Source: a virus
Lineage: Duplodnaviria > Caudoviricetes
IMG/VR virus record: IMGVR_UViG_3300033068_001013
Coordinates: 1,951 to 65,950 of that record
Strand: one strand, 5' to 3'
Length of the DNA: 64,000 nt
Made by a program: the position numbers and the translations under genes. Shown here piece after piece: positions 35,701 to 46,100 of this stretch. Within the stretch, counting starts at the first letter, position 1. The number at the start of each line of letters is the position of its first letter. Below the pieces are notes generated by a model, which ran no database searches, was not told the DNA's origin, and saw only the letters and a list, made by a program, of their open reading frames with translations.

Positions 35701-36684
35701 CAGGTAGATGACGGTAGCGGGATTCTGTGTAGTTTGGTAACTCGGGAAGAGGATTGGGGCGATACTCGGGGAACCAAGATGTTTGGAGATTGTACTATTG
35801 ATTGCGTTCCGGGGGGAAATACCTTGAGTGGGACGTTGTTGATTGACAACAATACCTCCACACAAGTTTTAGACCAAACGATGACGGGAACTACTAGACA
35901 GCGATTTGTTCGAGGAGTTCCGTTTGGGGCGGATAAGTTAGTGCGGTCGGTGGCCTTGCAGCTTAACTGGACTACCAGTAATGGGAATTATACGTATCTG
36001 TATGAGTGGAATCCGGCCGCATTGCCCAAGCCAGTGTATACGGATTTGAGATCTACTGATTGGGATACGGCGGGATATGACGGGCCCAAGTGGGTTCAGG
36101 GGATGAGGTTGACTTGTGATACAGGAAATTTACCCAAGGATATTACGATTCAATATGACGAAGGGTTGACTGGGGCCATTTTGTCGGACGTAACTCACAA
36201 TGGCGAGGTTACAAAAGAATACAGTTGGTTGCCCTTTATCGCTCATCAGGTCCGTATCGTCACGACCGATAATAGTGTCAACTGGAGATTTTTCCGGGTT
36301 GAATGGATTGTGGAACCTGAACCGGCATCCGCAACTCGTTGGGATATTCAGTCAACTTCTCTAGACCTTCCGGCGTTCTCTCATGTGGCGGATATAATGA
36401 TTTGCCACCGGTCCACGACGGATTTGACCTTGGAAGAGATTGTAGACGGAGCGTCAGTTACTTACACGATCCCTAATTCTGCGGCAAGTGTACGAAGATC
36501 ATACATTCGTCTACAAGCTCGGAAGGGTAAAATGAGAAAATATGTGGTCACATCCACGGACCCTTTCGCTATATATTTAAAAGACTTAGCTCTGAGAGTC
36601 GGTGCTTGGGGCAGAACTGGTGAGTATGTTATAATCCGCCCGTTTGGAGATGTATCAAGATCGAACGGTGGAGCTAGAATTTAG
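32707..36684 (+). CDS. tail nozzle/tubular protein B-like (P22 gp10-type position)
   Basis: 1,326 aa, beta-rich, GMNN...N.R..R.GEWQQRPG N-terminus. Confidence 0.65.
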   Translation: MAEYVNQSNKFLLRGMNNALPSDRLGVEWAQLMKNLRSYRVGEWQQRPGLSLIADVDGGSTAGIWFAKRISNNNAGTYRRLVATADGKVYVDDAAHTSFSLVDSGYSSNPYTSIIARPDRSPLPYLFLANDTRLGKFDVLGNRTEWGLSAPLVAPTAELARNAYKVIDDCESAAGFTGTGGAVSAVARASAVAISQILFDTGTTGWACVVPATLDTNWQEGMFITTSANVETVIIESIYQQIASTTIGSILYDSGTSGLCTIQLATPTAGLQRNSIIRLNATENVRVLSVTMGLDGIPSLRCSTSGTFSAGQTVDGFRSFRAYFSNNHTTAETLSTNYVQLAVAGSGLSSVSKTAALDLTSTNVGATRPVQASDYVHVSILVSDFSLVSEIQIQFDCDSTTNDFTKNYYFKSIRQPDLLAAVKQTSSSLTAQQTAIQRQQIDEFRRQQLLDEKAYIESQNLDTGFAGIGQFRRDRLDEINSQLGDGFLVNSGQGALSESGIAGSGQWTELKIPITEFQRVGSDTSRGWKDIKAFAVTVNATAAVNVGVDALWIGGSYGADFSIGQTTSPSSTGALDGYTYVYRARNSSTGSRSNPSPPMRSPVYPEREAVSVTIPSGYADAQADFFDLYRIGGSLGAYHYVASIPSGSLTYTDTLPDDIVVTQPMLEFDRFKPWPRIDTPKSGTCDVAGTKVKFTGGFVANAGWLRGTQIIINQQAYTFYSNPTTAGGVWYVELNESAGTLSGVSFQIPEPQLDGQALPVVVGPYGGGVSGEFIHGCGDPVNPGYWYWTNGNDPESVGDANYLELCSPSEVLMNGAILDGIIYAFSNQRSWRILPSFSGGQSGGGSDFYAQETAIGKGLAGRWGLTVGDQIYFVSFDGIYATKGDVPRSLTDDALSPIFRRDGSTYNANVIGYLSPVSFDSADEKYISLTYSKDGLYFTYKGIDGNRYNLYYSFLTQGWMYDTFTPTAQRMFREEGLQVDTVLMGSTTGKFYYMTQTSQVDDGSGILCSLVTREEDWGDTRGTKMFGDCTIDCVPGGNTLSGTLLIDNNTSTQVLDQTMTGTTRQRFVRGVPFGADKLVRSVALQLNWTTSNGNYTYLYEWNPAALPKPVYTDLRSTDWDTAGYDGPKWVQGMRLTCDTGNLPKDITIQYDEGLTGAILSDVTHNGEVTKEYSWLPFIAHQVRIVTTDNSVNWRFFRVEWIVEPEPASATRWDIQSTSLDLPAFSHVADIMICHRSTTDLTLEEIVDGASVTYTIPNSAASVRRSYIRLQARKGKMRKYVVTSTDPFAIYLKDLALRVGAWGRTGEYVIIRPFGDVSRSNGGARI

Positions 36685-36692
36685 GAGAACTT

Positions 36693-37016
36693 ATGATTTT
36701 TGCAAAGACTCTAACGCTTACGTCGGCTAATACGGGATACTCCCTAACGACTTTGTTGGGTTTGAATCAGTCTACTCTGCCCGTTCGGTTCGCTTCCGTG
36801 CGAATTCAGGCGGATTCGGCGGATTGTTTTATCGTCCCGGCATCGGGCAGCTATGCCAATACGGCCGGTGTCCCCAATGACTATGGGTATAAGATCACTA
36901 CGACGAATGAATTTCAGGAGTATCTGGCGGGTGCTAACTGGATCACTGCGGATGAATTGATCATTGGTAGTGGCTCGGCGGGCGCGAAGATTCATGTTTT
37001 GGTTTATACGGTGTGA
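36693..37016 (+). CDS. hypothetical virion protein
   Basis: ORF track, SD. Confidence 0.55.
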   Translation: MIFAKTLTLTSANTGYSLTTLLGLNQSTLPVRFASVRIQADSADCFIVPASGSYANTAGVPNDYGYKITTTNEFQEYLAGANWITADELIIGSGSAGAKIHVLVYTV

Positions 37017-37510
37017 GTATGAGTAGTGGCCCGAATCAATATTATCCCAGTATGCCTGCGAACTTGGATCCCCGAGTGGCGCAGATGCTGGAGCATTTGT
37101 TTGATCGGGTTAATTACTTGTTGACTAAAGTTAGTGAGGGAAGTCGAGGAGACGGTGGGAAGGGGATCGTTCCCACCCAGCGTCCCTCGGGATTGTCGGT
37201 TTCTATCGCGGCAGCTTCTGATCCTTTGTTGGGTGGATCTACGTTGGCTTCGGCTGGAGATACAAATTTCGTAGGACAAGCCGTGCCACTTACGGCCACT
37301 GGCGTTGGGTTCAGTATTTCTGGAACTACAACTTCTGGTGTTATTTCGGTTAGTAACGCGGCAACGGCTAGGGCCGCTCTCGGAATAACTCTCCCCACTG
37401 GAGTCGCCGCACATACGATAACTATTCCGAAACTAACGGGTGGTGGAGCAAATGGGTCGATATCCTGGGATGCTAATGGATGGATTACCGCATTTGTCGA
37501 TCCAACATAG
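37013..37510 (+). CDS. hypothetical tail-associated protein
   Basis: ORF track; C-terminal fibre-like G/T/A segment. Confidence 0.55.
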   Translation: MSMSSGPNQYYPSMPANLDPRVAQMLEHLFDRVNYLLTKVSEGSRGDGGKGIVPTQRPSGLSVSIAAASDPLLGGSTLASAGDTNFVGQAVPLTATGVGFSISGTTTSGVISVSNAATARAALGITLPTGVAAHTITIPKLTGGGANGSISWDANGWITAFVDPT

Positions 37511-37519
37511 GACGCAGAT

Positions 37520-37930
37520 ATGAATATTGTTTATCGGTTTCTTAATGAGGAAGAGTATTATCTAGCGGATCAGTTTTTTGAGGATCAGCAGGTTCCGAAA
37601 CTTGATCCAAAATGGTCCAAGGTTATCGCGGCCATTGACATGGATATTCCGAAGGTTGTTGGTATTATGTGTCTTCAACTTGTAGCACATGCGGAACCTA
37701 TTATGATTGAGAAGGAATATCGTGAGCAGGGTATCTGGCGCGAGATGGCCGAAATGATGGATGGATATTTGTTTGCTTCAGGAGTTCCGGGAGTTTATAC
37801 GCAGCCGACGAATCCCACCGCCAAAGCATTGACGGAGAAGATGGGATTTGAAGAAAGTAAACATCCTCTGTGTGTGAAAATTTACGACTCACTGTACACG
37901 GATCTAGTACCAGTGGAGAAAGAAGGTTAG
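37520..37930 (+). CDS. GNAT-fold acetyltransferase-like protein
   Basis: IMIEKEYREQGIWREM motif A; position before the ejection genes is typical of podoviruses. Confidence 0.65.
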   Translation: MNIVYRFLNEEEYYLADQFFEDQQVPKLDPKWSKVIAAIDMDIPKVVGIMCLQLVAHAEPIMIEKEYREQGIWREMAEMMDGYLFASGVPGVYTQPTNPTAKALTEKMGFEESKHPLCVKIYDSLYTDLVPVEKEG

Positions 37931-37931
37931 C

Positions 37932-38600
37932 ATGGCGGCAGCTATTCCAGCGGCAATTGGACTTGGTTCCTCAGTGATTGGGGGAATTCAAGGTAAGGGT
38001 GCGGCAAAGAAACAGGCGAAGTTGCAGGAACAGCAATACGCGTTGTTGAAGCCGTTGCTTGAAGCGCAGTCTGCGGGTGGGAAATACGCAATTGATCAAT
38101 CAAAGCCCATGATTGCCGGAGCTACGAAGGGGTTGGAGGATTTGAAAAACTTCTGGCAACCTTTGGTAAGCGGGGATCGAAGCGCGATTGATATGTTTTT
38201 GAGTCCGGAGCGTCGGGCGATTAACCAGGGGTATAGGTCCATGGCAAATAACCTAGCCACCTTTGGTCCCCGAGGCGGTGGACGGGTTAGTGCGCTGGCT
38301 CAGGCAGATGAGAATCGACAAGGGAAGTTATCGGATTTGGTTTTTGCTGGACGACGGGAAGGCGCAAATCAGTTGGGAGATTTGAATAAGACCTTGGGAA
38401 GTATGGGGACAAATATTCTTGGGCAAGGACTGGGGGCTGGGCAGCAGTTGTCTGGGCTTTATAACAACCAGTCGAACCGGTCGATGGCTCAGAATCAGAT
38501 TACAGGAAATGATATGGCGGGACTTGGGGAAACCTTGGGTAAGTTTCTGGGGAATTTTAAAATCTTTGGCGGTACCGGATTCGGTAAGAGTGGAGGTTAA
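37932..38600 (+). CDS. DNA ejection (pilot) protein 1
   Basis: MAAAIPAAIGLGSSVIGG hydrophobic N-terminus, G/Q/A-rich. Confidence 0.65.
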   Translation: MAAAIPAAIGLGSSVIGGIQGKGAAKKQAKLQEQQYALLKPLLEAQSAGGKYAIDQSKPMIAGATKGLEDLKNFWQPLVSGDRSAIDMFLSPERRAINQGYRSMANNLATFGPRGGGRVSALAQADENRQGKLSDLVFAGRREGANQLGDLNKTLGSMGTNILGQGLGAGQQLSGLYNNQSNRSMAQNQITGNDMAGLGETLGKFLGNFKIFGGTGFGKSGG

Positions 38601-38602
38601 GT

Positions 38603-40102
38603 ATGCCTAACTTTGCAACTGGTTTGGCTCATGGATTGTTTGGAGCTATTAATGATCAGAATATGCAGGCCAAGGAACGCGAAGACGCCGCGCGTAAGAA
38701 TACTCTTACCATGCTTGGTAGTATGTTGGATCAGGTTGATGATGACTCGAAACCACTGTTGTTTCAACAGATGGCGGAAGTGGCAGGGTTGAAGGGGAAG
38801 CATCGAAGTTTTTGGGATGAGATCACTGGGAAGGGGAGGAATGAGGTTACGGATGCTCTCAATCAAAAGTATGGGGATGTGATGGGATCGTTGGTTGGGC
38901 CCGGGGAGATGGCGAAGCTCCGACCGCATATGGAAATTCAGGGCACTGCGGGATCTACCCCGGTGGAGGGGATTGGGGCGATTCCGAATCTGGTGGGTGG
39001 AATGTCGGCAGATCAATCGCAGGGAAAGATTGGTTTGAAGAGTGCCCTGCAGGACAAGATGAAAGAAGAGGCTGCAAAGATTAAGTTGCAGCAGACTTAC
39101 TTGAACCAACGACTGGCTGATCGAGAAGCGGCGGTGTTGCAACGTCAGCAGGAGTTGGAAGATTTGCGGCAGGCGAATCGGAAGGAATTGGAAGACCAGA
39201 AATCTCACTTGAAAGCTTCAGGAGATGTGCTTAAACGAGCATCGGTAATTGCCGCGCAAGCGGGTAGGGGAATTCCGAGTGACGAGGATAAAACTTCAGC
39301 GGCTACGCAGATTGCCACAGAACAGGGATTGAATGTTGATAAGTTGAAGACCTTGATTGGTATGGAGGCGGCTAAGACGAAGTATTTTGAAAGTCAAGCC
39401 GGTGGAGCCGCAGGTGCTGTTGATGGAATTAAACCGGCTGAACGTATTCGAATTGATCAAGCGCAACAACAGAATGCTCAAGGGGTTTACAGTAAATGGG
39501 CTGATGCTAGAGCCAAGACCGAAGCAGCGGCTAAGACGGCTGATACGCTACGTGCTCAGTTGAATGCTTCGGCTGCACAAGCTGGATTGATTTTTAACGG
39601 ACAGACTGGGACGTTTACTAAACCAGATGGATCTGCACCTGACCCAAATAACTTTATGGCTCGCATGGTTATTGAAAAAGCTGGGGGTGTTTTGAAAGCT
39701 TATAATGAAGCCATGCAAGAGCGGGTTAAGTCTGAGGCTGAAATGAGAGCCCACCATGGTACGCTGAAAGCGAATTATCCTGATTACTATGAAACAGGCG
39801 ATGAATGGTGGGCGAAACCAAAAGCTACGTTTGGGGGTGTTGCCCCAGTCGGGGCTCCACGAACTGGTGGTGGAGGAGGCGGGGCGGTTTATGATGCAAC
39901 GGGGGCGTATAGTGGACCTGGAGGGAAGCCAGGAAATATTGCTGACGGTCAACTTATAATTGGCACTGCGCAAACTCCGGCTAGTAAGTATAAGGTAGGA
40001 CAGTTGGTGAACTATGGAGGAATGAAGTATAAAGTAAAAGCGATTGTTCCCCCTACTGAAGATCAACCCTATGGAGCGGTCCAATTTGAATCGGTGAAAT
40101 GA
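38603..40102 (+). CDS. DNA ejection protein 2
   Basis: MPNFATGLAHGLFGA start, helical A/Q/K-rich, position in the ejection module. Confidence 0.6.
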   Translation: MPNFATGLAHGLFGAINDQNMQAKEREDAARKNTLTMLGSMLDQVDDDSKPLLFQQMAEVAGLKGKHRSFWDEITGKGRNEVTDALNQKYGDVMGSLVGPGEMAKLRPHMEIQGTAGSTPVEGIGAIPNLVGGMSADQSQGKIGLKSALQDKMKEEAAKIKLQQTYLNQRLADREAAVLQRQQELEDLRQANRKELEDQKSHLKASGDVLKRASVIAAQAGRGIPSDEDKTSAATQIATEQGLNVDKLKTLIGMEAAKTKYFESQAGGAAGAVDGIKPAERIRIDQAQQQNAQGVYSKWADARAKTEAAAKTADTLRAQLNASAAQAGLIFNGQTGTFTKPDGSAPDPNNFMARMVIEKAGGVLKAYNEAMQERVKSEAEMRAHHGTLKANYPDYYETGDEWWAKPKATFGGVAPVGAPRTGGGGGGAVYDATGAYSGPGGKPGNIADGQLIIGTAQTPASKYKVGQLVNYGGMKYKVKAIVPPTEDQPYGAVQFESVK

Positions 40103-43100
40103 TGGCTGAAATTACTCTTGATGATCTGCAGATCGACGATGGGGGTCAACCGGCGAAGAGTCAGTTGACCCTTGATGATATTAAGGTTACTCCTATGGTG
40201 AAGGCCAAGGTGACTAGGCCGAAGTCTGCCGAACCTTTGGTGGTGAAACCGAAGGCGGAGATTTATAAGACGCTAGGAGAGATGTCTACACCAGAGTATG
40301 CAATCCAGCAACAATATAAGTTGAAGAAGCCAACGATTAAGGTAAAGGGAAAGATGCCAGATTCGCAGGCGTTCACTGATAAGGTTGTGGGTCAGATGCA
40401 GGGGTATAATCTGGGACCGGATGGCAAACCCGCGACTGCGTTTAAGTTGCCGGAGGAGACTACCGAAGACTTCTTGCAACGTGCGGGAGATCTGCAGCGA
40501 GCGAAAGATCAGCAGGATCAGGCGACGAGGATGAAGGGACGGACGGAAGCTGCGGCGAAGATGAGTCAGTGGCAATCGTTGCCGACCTCGTTTGCAAAGG
40601 GTGCGGGAGAGACGCTGTTGCAGACCGTGAAGGGTGCGAAGGTGATGGGAGAGACGTTGATGGGAACGTCGTCTCCAGATGAGGTGTACTTCCAGCCGAA
40701 CAGTGGGCCGGTGACGAAGGATGATTTTGTGAATCATCTATCGAGCGCGCTAGGGGCGTTCGTGCCTCAGACCGCGATTGGGGCATTGACCGGACATTTG
40801 GGGACAGTGATGCAGGGGGCGTTGCAGAACAGCGCACAGGCTTATGACGAAGCAAAGATGTCGGGAGCGGATGATGATACCGCGAAGTTGAGTGCGGGGT
40901 TGGGACTTGTGATTGGGAGTCTGGCGGGATTGGGGCCGCAGGCTTTTGGGGCGAGACTTGCGAAAGCGCAGGGAGATTTGTTGGAGAAGGGGTGGAAGTC
41001 GTGGGCTAAGGAGACGTTGCAACCGGCTGGGGTGATGGCTGCGCAGACTTTTTTGAATAACGTGAATGCGAAGATTGGTGCGGGATATGATCCTCAGAGA
41101 GCGTTGAGTCAGGGAGTGGCGGAGAGTGGATTGATTGGGGGGATATTGGGTGCTGGGCAAAAGGTTTTTACTACTGCAGCTAATACCGATATTAACCAAG
41201 TAAAGCAGAAATTGGTTGATATGGGGATTGCTCAATATTCAGATAAACATTATCCTAGATTATCGCCATCGGAGACTCGACTATTTTCTGGGTTACCTTT
41301 ATCCACTGAAAAGGATACTCCAAAGGAGTTTGCTCCTTGGTATTACTCTCAATTAGAACGAGTAGTGGAACAAAAATTTCCAAATAAAATGTCTGTCGAG
41401 CAAGCTAAAGCTATGCTGACTGATCCTCAAAGGGGAATTAAGGCAGAAGAATATGAGTGGTCTGGATTAAAGGATTTCTTAGATCAAAAAGAAAGTACTA
41501 ATGAACCAGTTCTGAAAGGCGATTTGCAGAAAATTATTCGCCAAAACAGGTTAGAATTAACTGAACAAGTTTTAGGATTTGATCGGGAAACGCCAAAACT
41601 AAAATCACTTCTAGAAGAGCGGCAGGCATTAGAGGAAAAAGATAATCAATTGCTGTGGGCTTTGAAGCTGTCTGAGCAACAGTTTTCGACTATAGAGTCA
41701 AATCTAAATAATAGTTTGCCTGAACATCTGCTACAGCACGGTGTTGGGTGGGCATTTGCTAATGTTAAGGATCAATTATCTGCGGATACCTTAGCTAAAT
41801 ACGATTTGTATAACAACGCTTTAGCTGAGTGGAGACAAATTCAAGATGATCGACATGAGATCTTTCTAAGAACCAGACAGTTAAACTCCGAGATACAACA
41901 AGAAAGGGCTGGAACTGAGGGGTTCGATCCAGAGTATGCTTCATACTCACCCCTGCAAGGCAAAAATTACAAAGAGTTACTTTTCCATTTACCTAATGAT
42001 TTTGAGGCTCCTCACTTTTCTAAAAGAGGTAAAGGGTTGCTGGCTCATGTTCGGTTTAATGAAGCTGAAGATCCGATTACTGGTAAGTCACGACTTCAGA
42101 TTCAAGAGATACAATCCGACTTGCATCAAGCGGGACGTGAACAGGGATATAAGCCCAAAATGCCCACTACTGCTGTAGAAGAGTATCAGGCAATGGAACA
42201 AAAGTTAAAAGAACTGAAACAGCAAATGGATGATATAGATAATATCTATGGAAATCTTGATCCAGATAATATACCTTCGGAAATATTAGTTAAGTTCAAC
42301 GAACTGAATGAGCAATATCAACAAATTAAAGTTGATCGAGATATTCATCTTGCGGATTATTCTACAGAGCCCGTCTATGATGCAGAAGAGGGAGTTTTTT
42401 ATTCAAATGAGAAACCTCCGGCAGCTCCGTTTAAAAATACTTGGCATGAACTTATGTTTAAGCGAATGCTTCGGTATGCGGCGGAAAAAGGATATGATGA
42501 AATTGTATGGCCTACTGGAAAATCGCAGGTTGCAATGTATGAGGATGTGACTAGAAAAAATGTAGATGAATTGCATCTGCTCCCAGGCCCGAGAGGTCGT
42601 ACTTTAAGAGGGTATAAGAACGGGGAGTTTGTGACAGATGTTGAAATTAAGAATGATAAAGAACTGGAAAAATATGTTGGCCCGTCCATAGCAAAGAAAT
42701 TGCTTGAGCAAAGTGTGGTTAAGGACTCTGATCTGTCTATCGGGGGACAGATGCATAGGTTGCTATATGATGAGAAGTTGCCAAAATTCGCTCAAAGTAT
42801 CGGCAAGAAGTTTGGGGCGAAATATGAACGCAAGAGTCAAGGAGATGAAGAGGTACATTCTTTTGTAATTCCCGAAACGTTGAAGAGATCTGTTTTGTAT
42901 GAGGGTCAGAAATTATTTGTCAATCCTGTGGCAGATCCGGAACTATGGAAGAATTTTCTAAAATCTCGTCGAGGGGATGGAGATGGGGTTAGTGAACAAC
43001 CGAAGGTTAATAGTTCTTTGGGGGTGTATAGAAAAGATGGATTATTGTTTTCTGGAAAAGAACTTTCGGAAAATGATAGAAATATTCGAGGAACTTATTA

Positions 43101-46100
43101 CTACTTAGCTGATGGGCAGTCACGACCAGAAAGTCATAGACTAAATCCAAAAAATATTTTAGAGGCTAATAATAAACTCGATGCTCTTCGTAAGTTGGGA
43201 GTTGATGATAAAGAACTGCGTTCTTTGTTTTATATAGATAAACAACAGCTTAATGATGTGTATGGTGGAGATCATTCTAAATATTTAAATGAACTATCTG
43301 GCCCAAATGCTTATGGCAATTCAATGGATGGCTTGGATGGTTGGCTGGCTACTGAGGCTCGTAAAGCTGGATATGATACTATTAAACTAAACCATCAGCC
43401 AGATTCAGAAGGAAAGAGAAATACTGAAATTGTAGACTTGAGTGAAGTAGGCAATAAAGATGGTGTACAGAATGTTCGAGCTTCGTTTGCTGAAGATTAC
43501 CATAATGCCGCTAAAGAATTTGTAAAAGGATCAAGAGGTGCGGACGAAGAGGGAAATCCGATTGAAGTGTTTCACGGTACGCAATCTCCGAAAGAGATTA
43601 CTGAACTTGATTTTAGTAAGCTAGATCCTAATGCGTTATATGGGCCGGGATTTTATATGACGCAGGATAGAGACGTGGCTGCCGGAGAAGGAGGATACGC
43701 TAGTACAAAGGGTTCTAATGTGGGACCCGATGAGCTAAAGAATTTAAGAAATAGTCCTAATTACGATTCGGCTTTGAATGATCGCTTGTTGATGTATGAA
43801 CCTGATTATATTGAGTATCTTAAGGAGCGGGGATTAGATCCAATGGGTCATAATCCTGGAACAGGAAAAGAGTATATTAAACAGCTAAAGGAAGCGCTTA
43901 AGAATTTTCCTGAGACAAGAAAGGATTATGAACAGATTGAAGAGGACGCAGCTTGGAGTTTAGTTGATGAAATAAATAAACCACACGCTTATAAGCTTTA
44001 TCATAATATTAAGAATCCTTTTGATATTGATGCTCCCATAGATTCCAAATTAAAAGAATACTTTATTAAACAAGGTATTCCTGAATGGAAACTACAAACT
44101 AATCAAGATGCATATAATTTTCTAACTTTTAATAATGATAGGGCCGCGACTAATGAGAAATTGAAAGAGTTTGGGTACGATGGTATTACACATTTAGGTG
44201 GTCATAATGGAAATACAAAACTATTTAAAACTCTGGATGAAGCTGAAAGTTATGCCAAACAAACTGGAGGTAAATTAGAGCATTCTAAAAACTTAGATCT
44301 TGTTCCAGATGCTCCGTACCAAGTTTCCGGCCATCGAGTCTGGATTGCTTTCGACCCCAAACAGGTCAAGAGCGCCACGGGCAATCGTGGCACCTTCGAT
44401 GTCAACTCTCCGCGAATCTCGGAATCCATTGCCGAAAAACCAAACCTAACGGAAATGGAACAAAGAGCCCGAGATGCTGGCCATATCATTGCACTCACTC
44501 CCAAGACTCGGGAAGAGTTTATCCAAGAGTCTGCCCGTTTGATGGAGTCGATGAAGACCCAAGACCCCACATCTCCAGAGTTTTTACGAGACTCTCAGAG
44601 ATGGATTGAATTGAATCGAGCGATTACAGATAGTGAAGGAATTGAAAATCTAACCTCCCATAAGGATCTTCAAGATCATGTACGCCGCATTAACCTCGGG
44701 CATGAGGGAGATACGGAACAGATGTTGAAAGATATGGGATCGGTGATGCCAGAGGCTTCCAGTCCGGATTCTGAATTTGTGACTGGTGAAGCCGTAGACT
44801 CGATCAAGGAAGGTGGATATAAGATAGTGTATGGAACTGAGAGTGGAAAGGCTCCAGTTTTGTACATGCCTGACAAAGTATTTGAGGCTTTAGGGCATAA
44901 GATGGTGGGAGGGTTGAACTTCCCCTTGAGAGAGTTGCCGAGACAACTGGAGAGGGTTAAGAACTCTTCTTTGTTTACAGAACCCGAACGTCAGCAAGCG
45001 ATAGAGTCTTTGAGATTGATTGGTAGAGCATCAGATGCTGAGGGGTTGAGTTCGATTTCTCTGTTGAACTCAAATACTCATCCAATCAATTTTCAGAAAG
45101 TTACGCATCATGAAACGTTTCATGCTGGACAGCAGGAAGCGTTGGAATCAATGGCTCGACGAGAGGGGTTAGATCCTGCTCAGTTTGATCTAAGAGCTTT
45201 GCATTCCTCAGAATGGGCCCAGAAAAATCCGTATGTGGATAAGTTTCTGGAAACTCCCGTTGGACAGTTTTATGCTCAAGGTAGAGATGTTAGTCAGGCA
45301 AAAGATATTCTAGCTTATGAACTTGCAGCATTTGTGGCGGGTGGGCAGTATTATCATGATTCATCTGAAGGAGCAATCAAAGCTACAGGCCTGACCACGG
45401 GTGAAGGTATTGACTACCTGACTGATTACATTCAACATATCTATGATACCAACGGCGATGCTGCCATCGAAGCCATTGACGCAATGGTTCGAGCCGCTGA
45501 ACTAAGAACAAATATCAGCGAGACGATTGATCTCGCAAGGAGTTTAGAACGTGCAAACCCAAATTCTATCGACGCCATTAAAGCAAAGACCAACTCCCAA
45601 TCCGATTTCGGCATGGAGGATTCAGCAATTCGCGCGTCAGTATCGGGATCTCCGGAAGGGGGGATTGAGTCCGGTGAAAGCAAAGACCGCATTGAAGAAC
45701 TTCATCCAGTCCCAACTGGGGACGGACCCCCAGAAGGGCGCGATAAGTTAGATTTTCAGAATGACTGGCAAAGTGATCCGTTTTTTAAAGTAGTGGTAAA
45801 TGATCCCTTCATTCAAAAAACTGCAGATGTGTTTAAGGGATTGATGGATAGTGAGGGAGTTAAGTATGATCCCCGCATTCCGCCAACTATTCAGATTAAA
45901 GACGCGATCTTGAGGGGAGATCTGAGACCAGAGAAAGTTGAAGAAGCCTTGGCCAAGCATGGATTGACTTGGGACGATTATGCTGAAGCTATGCAACGGA
46001 CGGTTAGTACTGCGGGTAGGGTACTGTCCATGATGGCTCAAGTGGAGAGACATTATAAACAGTTGCTGTTAGATGATCCAGGATTGGCAAAGAAACTGGG